Shown here in pieces: positions 50,928 through 63,951 of a stretch of 64,000 nucleotides of DNA. Position 1 is the first letter of the stretch. Each line of letters starts with the position of its first letter. Source of the stretch: Trichinella spiralis (taxonomy: Eukaryota). Under the pieces are notes generated by a model, which was not told where the DNA came from, did no database searches, and saw only the letters and a program-made list of their open reading frames with translations. Both the position numbers and the translations under genes were made by a program. The stretch spans positions 2,608,488 to 2,672,487 of the forward strand of contig NW_003526945.1 of NCBI RefSeq assembly GCF_000181795.1, given 5' to 3'.

Positions 50928-53900
50928 TACGGCAATTTTATACAACATTTTCTTTCTTTTTCTTCGCCTGTGGCAATGTCAAATCGCCAGTGCAATTTTG
51001 AATAAATTATTAAATATTTCCACCTCCATCTCCTCCAACTACTTGCCGATACTACTTTTCAGTATGGGTAAGTGTAATAAAATCATTTTAATCAAGACTA
51101 ACAATTTTTTGATAATACTCTTATAATATGCTAATTTTTATTAATTGCATTTCTGTCCTGCCCAAAAGTAATTTACTAAAACTGAAATTATAAATAGATG
51201 GACGTTAATAATTGCTCATCAATGAATCCAGTAATGTGTTTACTTTAGGGAGTAATGCGTAGTTTAGTGGGAAGCATTTTTGAAAATTTCGGCGTAATAA
51301 TCAGTCGCACACGGTTTATGATAATTTTTGAACAGCGCATTTGTCCAGGGTTGTGTTAAATTAAATTTATTTCTTCAATGCCAATTTCCAGTTGTTCAAA
51401 CTAATCACTTCTACCAAACAGATCGGTTCGTCCATTTTTTATTATTAAAATTGCTGCGCTTCATTTTTTGCTTTTTTTAAATTCACAGCTTGCTATGGAA
51501 TTTCCAAATTTTGTCTAGTTGTTGAACAGTTAAATTTAATGTTAGTTAAGTCACTTCTAACAATTATCTAAACGGTTCATTATGAATAATAATATATTAA
51601 TTTCCATTTCTATCAGTTTGCTGAACGGTTGAACTTTTCAGATACTTTGTTTATTGTATAGCAATAGTGCCGATTTTACTTTTTTTCAGTTTATTGTGTT
51701 CATTGCCTGAATTTTTGCTTTTAAATCTCCTTTTAAAATTTGCATACTCATCTAGCGAATTTACATTAATTCCAATAATCGTTTTCGTTGCAGTAATAGC
51801 AACGTTGACTTTCTCTATCGTCGATGATTCTGATTGGCAGCTTGGTTTGCATTTTCCAACCATGTTCTCGGTTTCAATTAAATCCACTTACTGTTTGCTT
51901 CATCATTCTTCTTCGCCAGATTTCTTTCTGCTCACAGGCACGGCCTGAAATGAATTCTAATATTTATACTCATATTTCTTTTTTCAACATTTTAAATAAG
52001 ATTTATGAAGAGCAGAAAAATGTTTTTAATAATGGAAAATGATTCCCTCGAATTTTCAAATCAGTATCAGGGCAAAATTGTTTGTCGTTTCCAAATGTCA
52101 GTCGATATAAACGACACAAAAATTTGCATACGAGACTAATTTTAATTTCGACTTTTTGGTCTTTCAGTGGAATGAAAGTTTGCCGTGATGGACTGAAACA
52201 GAAGGCCGTTTGCCAATGAAAAGCCGGATGAGCTCGAAGAAAATCGATTTACTTGTATTTTCATTTTTTGAATGTGATTCATTGTTTATTGGAAATGCAC
52301 AATAAGAACGACGGCTTTCAACTATGAGAAATCATTTTGTTTGGTAAGCAACATTTTTTCATTTTGGCCCTATAATATAGTTGAGAATGGTTATTAAACC
52401 TGCAATTTATGAATATGTCGAATTCATATTCAATTTCAAGTGTAAATTAACAAGCAGTTTATTTATTAGTAGATTGAAATGTTGAATAAGTGAAATATGC
52501 AAATGATTAGTTGCTTCGTAAATTTAAATTTTTAAAATGACATTATCAAAGAGAAAACAGTATGCATTTTCATTAAAAGAACAAAAAATTCAACGTTCAG
52601 CTTTTATGCAGTTAGTCGAAAGTCGAAGAACGCTCAGCGCACATTATGCAAATTACTTTTGTCTAGAAATTGTTTCACCAATAGCAATGTGTCTGCTGCC
52701 TGTTTTCTCGACTGACGTCAGTAGTAGTTCGGTGGTGCAATTTTATACTTTTCCATGCATATTATTATATATTATTTATTATTTATTATATTAATAACTG
52801 AAAATTAAATTATTTTTTAATTCAATCAGTGAAATGAAAATTCGCTGTTATGAATTAATATTGTGCACGGCGTTGTGCATGATTACTGCCATTTGCCGGG
52901 GTCATTTTTATTTTCTCTCACGATTGTTCAATTGTACTTATGTATAGATATGGAGTAGATTATTTTTTCTATCCTCATTTTTATTTTTTAATATTTTAAA
53001 TAAAACGTAAGGAAATGGAAAAAAATTAAAATTATAATGCATGGTCATTTTATTCAAAATTTGTAACTTTCATTTGCATTTATTGTCAGTCAGTTTGTGA
53101 AGCACCTGTTATACGAATGCTGCTGAATAGCTGCTGTTGTTTTTAATTATCACGAGATGAATGATATCTCGCATGCGAGACCAAATCCAAATATGCTTTG
53201 TAATCTTTATTTCAATTCACTTTAGGCTGCTTGGAATGAGACTGAAGCAGAAGAAGATTTTTTCATTGAAAAAAGCCCGATGAGCCTGAAAAGTCAGTCA
53301 ATAAATTTGATCATCGTCTATTGGAACAGCACACAAATGGGATTGAAACTTTGAATTCATGGACAAATTCACCGATGAGAAGGCGTTTAATTGGGTAAGT
53401 TTGTTTTTTCTTTTCAAGTTGAACGGTGTTTAAAACAAAAACTAGCTGCACTGTAGTAGCATAACTAGAAAATGCAAAGCCAGACATGGATACTGTACTT
53501 TTTTTTGAAATTTTTGTTGCAAGTTAAGAGCGATTGGTTAGGTGGTTTTTCTTTTTGAATTTTCCACAATTAGTCAGTTTTACAAGTGAAACGTGCACAG
53601 GAGGAGGTTGGAATTCATTTTCATACACTAAGGCGACAGATTCAATGTTGAGTTTGAAAATAACACGGCGCGCATTATGCAAATTAGCTTTCTGTAAAAA
53701 TTGTCTTCCCAGTGTACACATTGCGTCAGTGACTGTTAATTGGATAAAAAAAAGTTTTCTCTTCTGCTTGTCTTGGTGTAAATTTTGCCGCATTTGGTGA
53801 ATAGATAATGCTTTTATTTTATCAGTTTCAAATCTACAAGCGAAAACAGAAACTGTTTTATGCGTTGTTTTTTTACGTTTCAATTTCTTTTTGCGAGACT

Positions 53901-54308
53901 TCAAATAGTGTCATTACTTTTGAAATGGGTGCTTTTTGTTCGATGAGGAAAAAAGCATATTGAGAAATTCGCTTACAACAAATCAACAACTGTTGTTATG
54001 TAAATTTTATTGCCAACTCACATTGTCCAAATGCCATTCATCATTGCGTGCCTATGCCGATTATATTTAGTGATGATAGATGTTGAAAATTGTCGAAAAG
54101 CTCAGAAAGAGCCACCACAAAGAGAAATAAATGATCTGCCTCCACATGCGAGATGTTGGTGACAAGAAAATGGCTACTAACAAACTGGCGTACAGTTTTT
54201 CATCTGGAAGAATGAATATATTATCGTGGAAAATTTTAAAAATGAATCAGCAAATAAGCTGTACAAAAATACAGTAGTCATGAAAAAAAAGAAAATCAAT
54301 GGATTAAT

Positions 54309-57300
54309 TCACGTGTCTTCGTTCGCGTTTATTCCATCAGGTGGGGGGGAACCGGCCTTTTCAAGTGCTTTTATCGCCTCCAGACTTGAATAATAGATGA
54401 TATTCCGTATCTATTTTAAATTTGAAAATTAAATAGATAAATATTAAAATTAAATAGCTCTGAATGCAGTTTGTTACCTGAAGCTGGTCGCCACGATTGA
54501 TGTGTTCGAATGATAGTTTTTGTAGTTCGTTTGAAATTTTTAAAGAACGATTAATCCCTTCCGGCGAGAAGAATTCCAAGGTTGCTGTGACGCAGCACTG
54601 CAAATTCAAAACCTTAAAAAGAGAAAGTAATAAATATTGGAAACGAATTCCAAATATATACAATTTTGTAAGTGCAATTCTGAATCATACTTGATGCGCA
54701 GCGCCAGCCGGAATAAATACCGCCTCGTTTCGCATCTGCAAAAACATGATTGGCTGAATGCCACGTCTTACAAGATCAGCTCTGGCAGTGGCATCGAGGT
54801 AACATGTACCGTCATGAATCGGATCGTAATACACTATAGGGAGGTTGGCGAAGTGCTACAGTGCAATGAGAAATATGATAATAACTAATACATATCCGAA
54901 GATTACAACATACTGAATTTATATATTTTCGGAGATTGTTACTATCGCTCGGCTTGAAAACAGTCCACAACGCGCCAACATCTTTGATTCTTTCTCTTGC
55001 CATATTCATCGTCTGCTCATCCAAGCCTTCACGAGCCAAGTATTGCAAAATACCTACACAAAACACAACCGTTAGTGTTTTAAAAAAATAAATAAAAACA
55101 AGCAAAAAGTCAAGATATGATACTTTCGTGCATTCGTCGTTTTGATATGTTCTTCGGAATACTCGTCCAAGTCAAAATGTTCAAATTGTCGTTGACGTCA
55201 CTGTGCAAATTGGTGGTAGCGATATTCATGTATGGAATCATTTCTGCAGAAAGGGTAAAAAACAATATGATCTCAAAAAAACACCCACTGGCAACAGGGG
55301 CCACTTGTTACACACCGTAGCCGATGCAGAGCTTCAGTTCGAGATCCGGCTTTAACACATGGTCCGGCAGTGCTAAGGCCAAATTGAAAGCGGCGTTCTT
55401 GTGATCTACGTAATTCGAAATGGGAATGGCCGAATAAAAATCTGCAAATGTAGATGGAAGCAATTGGGCAAGCCCACCGTTTCTCGGCCAATCTTGGAGC
55501 TGAAAGCAGCGGCAAATTTGAAATAAATCCACAAAGCCGTAGCAGTCAGTATGTGAGCAGACTTTCAACTTTCTAGTCGTATTGTACTTGTTAGGGTTGC
55601 GCATGCGTTTTCTGCGGTCCTCGAATCCATCCCAAAATTTCGAATAGGACACACAGCTGAGCACTTCTTCGGTGGAACAGTCTGTTATCTCATATTGCAC
55701 TGAAGTCGCGTTGCCTTGTTGCCGTCGTAAATAGCTCGGTCTCCAAAATTGAGATGTCGTCTTCACATTCTGTACCACTACCGGCTTTAGAAGGGAAAAC
55801 AAGTGACAAGAATTAGGGTGTGATAAAAGGTTGGACAAATCAAAGCAACCGAATAATCACCAAAGCTCGTCGCCAATGCTTGCGGAAATGGGCAATGTTT
55901 TCCTCTCTGTACGGCTGTTTCAATATCAACAGCTTGCCATTGTTGGTGAAGCAGTGTTCGACATCTGGAAGGGAATTATTGCCCAATTCGGTGCTCACTT
56001 GGCGAATTTTTGGCGAAGCAAACTTGCGAAATTTAATTTGCAACTGCTTTACAGCTTAAAAGAGAAAAACATATCTAAGCGAATGAAAATGAATCTCTTT
56101 TTAGAACACAAAAAAATTATTATTATTTTCACTCACTGTCGTCTATTTTCAACGGATGCAAATTATCATGACAATAACAAAGTTCCATCATGGATGGATG
56201 GTGAATCGGCGTCGACCGATCCGTGCACAGATACCATAAGTAGTCATCACACATGCCATCCACTTCATTGGCTAAATGATACATACGCACATTTGAAAGC
56301 AGAAAACAACTGTAATATTCATCGATCGAATGGAAATTTTAAACCAGCTAACCATTAAGAGAAGCGCTTAAACGCTCACGGAAACACGTCATGCATACGC
56401 AAAAGCCACATTTTCGGCACATTGTGTGCAAATTGAATATTGCCAAGAAGCATACATCGCATATTACATCATATCTGATGTTCAATTTGAGCGGAATATC
56501 CTTGACAGATCTAGCTGTAAATAAAGTTTATTATTTAATGGAAAACAATCAGTCAATCAACATATATATATGCATACCTGTAGCTTTTCTGTATTCATGT
56601 CTGAAATTTTTCTCCGCTTTTAACATTTTCGAAAATGGAAGTCGCGTATAAAATAATGTATACGCGAACTGTTCAGCAGTACATTGTCTGGGTGTAACAG
56701 GGATTTCAGAATTCGACTGTATCAGAACAAAATTGGAATTAATTTCAATTGATCAATTTCCTTTCACTTCACTTCTGGAAAATGTTACCTCGTCCGTTTC
56801 GTCTGCATTCTCCAGCTGCACTTTGTAACACTTTCCGCTGGTCGGAAAGCGATACTTGCCCTTTTGAGTTCCATAGCCCACTCTACAAAAATCTCGCCGA
56901 TCACACAACAAACAAAATTCTATTTGCAAAAAAACAACAATTTTTGAAAAAATATTATTACTTGCGAAAATCTATAAATCGGCACAGCTTAGTAAAGTCC
57001 ATCGGATGATAATAGCATTCGACACAACGAGGCAAAATTTCTATTTTAGTGCAAGGCTCACGTTGAAATTCATAACAATCTTGGGTATCTTAAAAAACAA
57101 AATTTACACATTTCCTTTTCTGCGTTTCTTTTGCAACTGATAGAATCGGGTAAATTTTGTTCTTCTCTTCATTACCAGTTGGCATTAATTTGATCGGTTT
57201 TCCATTCGAATGAGCAGCTCCTACAAACAGACATTCTCATTTGTACGTGGAAAAAATATCTACTTCTAAGCGTATATATATATATATATATATACTTGTT

Positions 57301-57789
57301 GTCTCAGTAGGGTGATCTGCAGAATCATGTTCAGTTTCTTCTGCAAAAGAACAACTTACAAATGATCCACAATTGAACAAAAACAATTCGTTCTCACCCG
57401 AATGATTATTCTCCTCTTCTCCAAATGGGAAACAAAGAATAAAAAATTAAAAATAAATTCGAATGCACACAACGATCGTATAATTCTTACCACATGCAAA
57501 AAATTCAGATTCAGTTTCTGCATCCGACGATACATCTAGAATAATTTGTATTTTTTCCATTACTTTACAATACAAACCAACCCACTATTCCACATGCGTC
57601 AAACCTTACCAGTATCGGAACAATTTTCTGAAGATGGGCTATCTGTAAAAAAAAAACAAATGCAACTGTAACATCAGCGAGTGTAGAACAAAAGGTGAAA
57701 AAGTCAACGTTACCCAATGAGCTCTCATCTTCGTCCGTACTGGTGCTGTCTAAATGAAAATTAACATAAAATTAACATTCAATTTACTA

Positions 57790-57835
<46 letters not shown>

Positions 57836-58165
57836 TATATGTGGTATATATATGGTGTTTTTCGAACTCGCTTCTGCTGCTATTACCACCATCAACACGT
57901 AAAAAGTAAAAATTCAACGACTTTCTTATCATAAAAGTATTAATACTCAACTATACCTTCCATCGATTCATCATTTTCACCTGAAATGAAAATAATTTTT
58001 TTCAATACAATAATATACGTGGCATAAAATATTTAACGGCCAACTTTGAACTTTACTTTGATTTGTCTGCACGTTTTCACTGTTTCCATTTTCTCCTCCT
58101 CTTCCGGATAAATCCTCTTCGTCTTGTTGATCATTTCTACGATTTCGCTTAACTGGAGTAGCCAT
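54309..58165 (-). CDS. KDM3: KDM3/JMJD1 (JHDM2)-like JmjC histone lysine demethylase with C6-type zinc finger
   Basis: FQREPC..LPRCVEC, CDMCFLAIFNLHTMCRKCGFCVCMTC, LQDWP, FNLALALP..KPDL, TTNLHSDVND, GALWTVF, PIHD..YL, AVFIPAGAAHQV.NL, FFSPE, DQLQIRNIIY. Stop at 54309-54311. Confidence 0.9.
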
Positions 58166-60236
58166 ATCTGAAAATATAATTTCAAACAATATGAGGGAAT
58201 AGTTTAAAGGAAATTAAACAAAAAAAAAGATCAACAACGTCGAATTAATCTCGTTTGTAAAGGGAAATTTGTGTATTATCAACACGCGGGGAACAATTCG
58301 GCGGATATCGCTTGCAAATTTACGACCGAATTGTTAGCTTGGTCAATTCCAATACTGACACCAACGGCGCGTTTATAAATTGTTCCACTAGGCGAGCACT
58401 CACCAGTGAAAATATTCACTTAATCAATATCAAATTAACAAATCAATTAATCTAGATGTAAACGGATGTAAGCGTTCAACGGCTTATGTTTCTTCTCTAT
58501 TACGATTATTAGCGGGCCATTTGTACGATGACGACAACAAGCGGCCCAACTGAAGGCTTGAATATATTGATCGAATTCAAAACCGGTTACGTTTCCATAG
58601 CAACCATTTTAGAGAAAATTTTAAAGTCAAACAAAGCCGAACGATGCTTAAGACGGAAAAACAAATTTCACAACAACACAATTCACACCAATTTCTTCTC
58701 CAATCATTTTTCATAAATAAGCGTTGCAGTCGGTATTGAAAGTTGGCAATTGCTCTCGGCTTTTTTGTATGCAATTTTCAATTTAACAACAACACCACAC
58801 ACGTATATATATATACGTGCCGTCGCTAGCCTGCAGCTAAAGCGATCTTCTTTACTCGCTTGCATCATTTCAGACAGAAGAAAAACCGAATATCTAGTCT
58901 CTTTACGGCACGTAACAACCCACCAACCCTAGCAACGTACAAGCGAGCAAAAACAAGCCAAAACAGCCACCGTTGTAATTCTAATCTAGATGTTGCTGTA
59001 TGCATAGTTTTCTTCTTCCAAGCATTGCATTATCAAACGCCCAATTTATCGCTTATCGCCGCGACTATCATGCTTCAAGATCAGCACAATTTCTGAAGAC
59101 CAAACAGCACCAATTGCAACACTGTGCTTTTGAATTCACAATCAAAATAATTTTTTTTGCTTTTTCGCTGCAAAAAAATATATTCAACAAAAAAATACCG
59201 AGCTCAACTTAGCTCACGCAGTGCAATTGGAGAACTGACATGTGCTGTTTGTTGTCGCTGACTATGAAGATTATGAAAAAAACAAGGCGCTTTTGCAACA
59301 ACGATGAGATTGGAAAAATTGATAATTTAAAGTTACAACAAGTATAGGATTCACTGCTTGTGCGAATTACTATTGGCAAGATGCGAACTAGCTAATGGAA
59401 TATTGAACTGGGAATTGAACGAGCGTGAGAACGAACTTTTGGGAGAAGAAATTTAAATTTCAAAAAAAACCTCAAACCAAAGAAAAGTAATTTGACAAAA
59501 GAAGCAACCGTTGTTGAACAACAACAAGCTGGTAAAATCAAATTGAAATTTCAACCAAACACTGTTCATCAACAACGAACGTTACGTTTTAAAAGTCAAA
59601 CTTTTCGCATTAAATATGAAAATTATTCGAACTATCGAACCGATTGATGATGAAAAAAACAATATGCAAATTGGAAATGGTGAATGAAAAAATGAACTGC
59701 TTTTTTTCTAGTACACTTTTTTTTGAAAATGTACTACACTCACTAACAGAATTGTCTATTTCAAATTGAAGTGAATTTTGCTCGTGAAAATTATCAAATC
59801 AATTTCACTAATTATATTTGAAATTTCGAAAAGAGAATTATTTTGAATAATAGAATACTGATATTCTTATCTGAAATTGCCTTTACATGGGACAGTGTGA
59901 AATGTGAACAACCTATTCGTGCATAACAAGACGCACAGGCTGAGCGAGTACGAGGGGCCTGACTTGGCAGAATTTTTCTGACCAATAGCGAACCCGTATT
60001 ATAAACAGCTGCAATGGAAGTTTCTAGAAAATTTTACAGTAAAAACAATTCGCAAGTGTCATTGAAAAGCTGTCAATTTCGGTTTAATCATATATTTATT
60101 ATAATAATTAATTAAATTAATAATTTTTATTATATTTTATGTTAAAAAATATATTTAAAATTTAATTAAAAAATTACATATTAAAAACACGAAATAAATG
60201 TGAAAACGGCTTTCTATATGCGAATCAATATTACAG

Positions 60237-60264
60237 CCAATCAGAACAGAACCAATCAGAACAG
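60237..60264. promoter_or_regulatory. Tandem CCAAT-box direct repeat (CCAATCAGAACAG x2) in the KDM3/KDM4 intergenic region
   Basis: 13-bp perfect direct repeat about 370 bp upstream of the KDM4 ATG; a third CCAAT lies near 59982. Regulatory function is inferred only. Confidence 0.4.
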
Positions 60265-60624
60265 TGCATTTGTTGAACAGTTAAACAATGTTCAAATTAT
60301 TAAAATAATAACATTTAAATATTCCAAAATAATATTTAAATTAATTTTTAATGAAGAAAAAATTTTTATTCTATTTTATTTATGATAAAAAATGATGTGG
60401 TTTTTTGGTTACTAGTATCCTGAAAATCACAAAACTTTACTGTTGCTTTTTTCATTCTCCTGTCTTTTCAGTTGTCGTCGTGGTATTGTTCTTCGGGCTG
60501 TTGTTTGTGAAGTCACATCACCAGTTGTAACTTTTCATATTCTTGCTAATTTTTTAAACTTTTTTGACATTGTATCATTTTTATATTATATCATTTGTTT
60601 TTTTGTTACAGAATCAGTCTCGTG

Positions 60625-60864
60625 ATGGAATTTACGTTGTCACCGTCAGAAGAAGAGTTTGTCAATTTTCCTGATTACATAGCCACTATTGATAACGATA
60701 TGTGGAAGGAACAAGGCTATGTAAAAGTGGTGGCCCCAGAGAAATGGAGAAAAAGTATCGTTTATGATAAGACAGCCATAGATAATATGACACTTGAAAA
60801 GTATGTTGTTATTGGATTCTGGAAGTCTTTGCCTGTAGATTTAATGTGTTTTTGATTTTTACAT

Positions 60865-60947
<83 letters not shown>

Positions 60948-63900
60948 ACTGTAAGTATTAATGTTTTCTTTCTTTCAGAATTAACACACAAGTGCTGAGC
61001 GGCAAAAAAGGGGTATATAATTTGGAAAATATACAAAAAGTTGGTACGATGAGTGTGATGCAGTTTGAAAAATCCGTTGCGCCGTATAACAGGAAGATTC
61101 TTTTAAAACCGAATATGGATACATTGGCTAGCTATGAAAAGTAAATGAACATTTTTAATATCCATACTTAATGGAGATTAAAAGCTCTGATAAAATTCAA
61201 TTTATTCATAAGTAAAAAAAGGAATGAAAATGATTGATGAGTAATATAAAGGAATTGTTAAATAAACATTTAAATTTACTTTAAAAAACTTTATAGTTTC
61301 ATGTTAATTATTTTTCATTGCATGCTATTTTATTAGGAGAATAGATTTAAGTTTTAAAAATTCTAATGTTAATGTGTCTTTTCAATGGAAAATAAATTTT
61401 TTATACGGTACCACCGTTTCTTAATGTTGAAATTAAGTAATCATCATGTTTTTAATTGAACTGTTGGATGCATTAAAACATATTGCACATGAGTTGAAAA
61501 TAATTTTTTCGTATACTAGTAAAAATAGTATTTTTATTTTTTTACTTTGTAAATCGGTTGATAAATTTGATAAACGGAACTACAGTAGTTTTTCAGATAA
61601 ATGATTTTTAAGTTCAATTATGTTATGATCATTTACAGTGAGCATTAGGGCATGTTTTTAAACAGAACTGTAGTATGGAAGGGCTTGTTTAGCTGGTGAA
61701 ATTTGCTTAAATATATTTGAAAATTTTTATTTTCAGAACGTTTTGGGATAAAGTGACTAAAGGAAATTTGATGTATGCAACAGATAAGTTGTGTTCATTG
61801 TTTGATGAAAACACCAATTTGTGGAACATCAGTAAGTTGGGTACATTTTTGGATAAAATTGTATCCTTTAACGGCGTGACAAAACCATATCTTTACTTCG
61901 GCATGATGAAATCTATGTTTGCTTGGCACACTGAAGACATGGATTTGCCATCCATTAACTATTTGCATTATGGTTATCCTAAATTTTGGTATGTGATTCC
62001 ATCTGCGTATAAAAATGACTTCGACTGGCTAGTTTCTCAGTATTTTCCGGCTACTGCTTTGGAATGTGATGGTTTTATGCGCCATAAAAATATAATATTC
62101 AGTCATTCGAAAATTAGTTCTGCTGGCATACCGGTTCGACAGGTAGTTCAGCTACCCGGAGAATTTATTCTCACTTATCCTGGCGCCTATCACTCTGGTT
62201 TCAATTTGGGATACAATTGTGCAGAGGCAGTAAATTTTGCAATGAAAAGCTGGATTGATTATAGTTTGAAGGTTAAGTTTTGCTTGTGCGGTCACTCGAC
62301 AGTTCGTTTCGATATGGTGACTGTTTTGGATAAACTTTATCGAAGTGGTGAAATTAATTTGGAAGAAATGGAAAAATGTAAGTTTTTTTTTATCGCATTC
62401 AACAACGAAGATAATTTCCATTTGTTTCCTTTCCGTTTTTTAGATTATTTTGAGAACAAATCTACACTTCATCCTGGGAACAGTAAGCTGGTTCCGTATC
62501 TGAAGTCAACTGAACCGGCCGTTGAAAAGATGGAAACTGGTGAGTTGTATTTCTTGGTTTTCTTCTGTTTTGTACAATATTTTCAGTTGAGGTGTTTATG
62601 AGTTTTGATAAAATGCTGCTTTAGACAGTGAAGACTATTGCGTGATATGCCGTTTTTTTATCGACGGTGAACAGTTCTTTTTGCAAGGCCGAATTCCTCA
62701 TGATGGGACATGCGTTTTGTCGGCACTGCATTTCGGAGATTCTGGTAAGCGTTTGTTTCTTTATTGCCGAATTATTTTTTGAAAGGAAAATTTTTTATTT
62801 TCAGTCGATGTGACCAAGAAGTTGGACAAATTGTTGTGCTGTTCACGTTGTCATGTTCGTGTTCATGCGAGATGTTACCGTTGTACTGATCTTTCGGATG
62901 ATTCGGATTTGGCAGGTTGGTTGTGCGATGTTTGCAAGGTAAACAACAACATGTTTTGCCGATTGTATAATTTGCGATATGTGAAAGCATCGATCCGGAT
63001 AATTTATTGGGCATATTTTTTTGCTTTGTTTGTTTTTCAGTATCAAAAAGGGAAAGTAGTTTGTAAACTGTGCGGCACTAGTGATTCAGCATTGTTGGAA
63101 TACAAGAAGAGCAAGTTTTGTCATGTTCAGTGTGCACTGTTGTCGCAGAATGTGCGATTCGTTTGCCCATCATCGCATGGAGGCCAAAAAATGATCTTTC
63201 AAAAGGTGAATTGTGTATATATTATCGGCGATTGTATTATTTTGTTTGTTCATCCGATTTGGGCGCATTCGGTTGAAATTTTAATTTCAAATTGTATTTA
63301 CAGGCACCCCTCCGAGGGAGATGTGATTATTGTGATGAGAATAAAGGAACGTTGATTCGTTGCTCGGAGGAGAATTGCAATGCGATTTTTCATCTGCACT
63401 GTGGACGTCGTTTGGGTGTCAAGTATGAAGTAGCAGATTTCTTGACAAATTCTAAGGGTATCCATATCACTTGTGAAGCGCATTCTACTAAATTTGAATC
63501 CTATGTGAACAGACGCGTTATTGTTCAAGTGAGTCATGACCACGAGGAAATGGGTAAGTTTTGATGATAATTTAAATTTTTAATAATTGAAAATTCCATT
63601 TTCTTCTTTTCTCTTTCTCTCTCTCTCACTCACTCTCTCTCTCTCTCTTTCTCATTTCCAGGTTATATTGAGGATGAGTATGAATCGATTGTGTATTTGG
63701 TTGACTTTGAGGACGGATGTTATTCGGACGTGCTCGACGATGACATTGTAAGTTGTGACTGTCCGAACCGCAATGAGAAAGATCACATTCATGGTGTTGG
63801 TGCCCGAGTGGTTTTGAATTGGATCGACGGTAAAAGTTACAGGGTGATTTTACGCAAGGCCAGGAACGAGGTGTGCTATTCTGTGATGTTGGAAAAAACG

Positions 63901-63951
63901 AACAGTGTCATCCATGTTACTCGTTCTGATTTCACTCTGGCGCCCGAATAG
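60625..63951 (+). CDS. KDM4: KDM4/JMJD2-like histone demethylase (JmjN, JmjC, PHD/ePHD, Tudor-like)
   Basis: JmjN PSEEEFVNFPDYI..GYVKVVAPEKW. JmjC WNISKLGT..GVTKPYLYFG..FAWHTEDMDLPSINYLHYGYPKFWY..FMRHK..YHSGFNLGYNCAEAVNFA..FCLC. PHD CSRCHVRVHARCY..WLCDVC, then HVQC and CDYC..CSEENC..FHLHC. Tudor-like YLVDFEDG..VVLNWIDGKSY. Confidence 0.92.
60862..60947. repeat. Compound self-complementary microsatellite (CA)n(TA)n(TG)n in KDM4 intron 1
   Basis: Directly visible; CATAC...GTATG ends. Confidence 0.9.

Noticed and set aside
51000..51950. Minus-strand coding-like sequence around ORF 51651-51887
   Set aside because: Multiple stops in the frames examined and no recognisable domain; cannot support a gene or pseudogene call.
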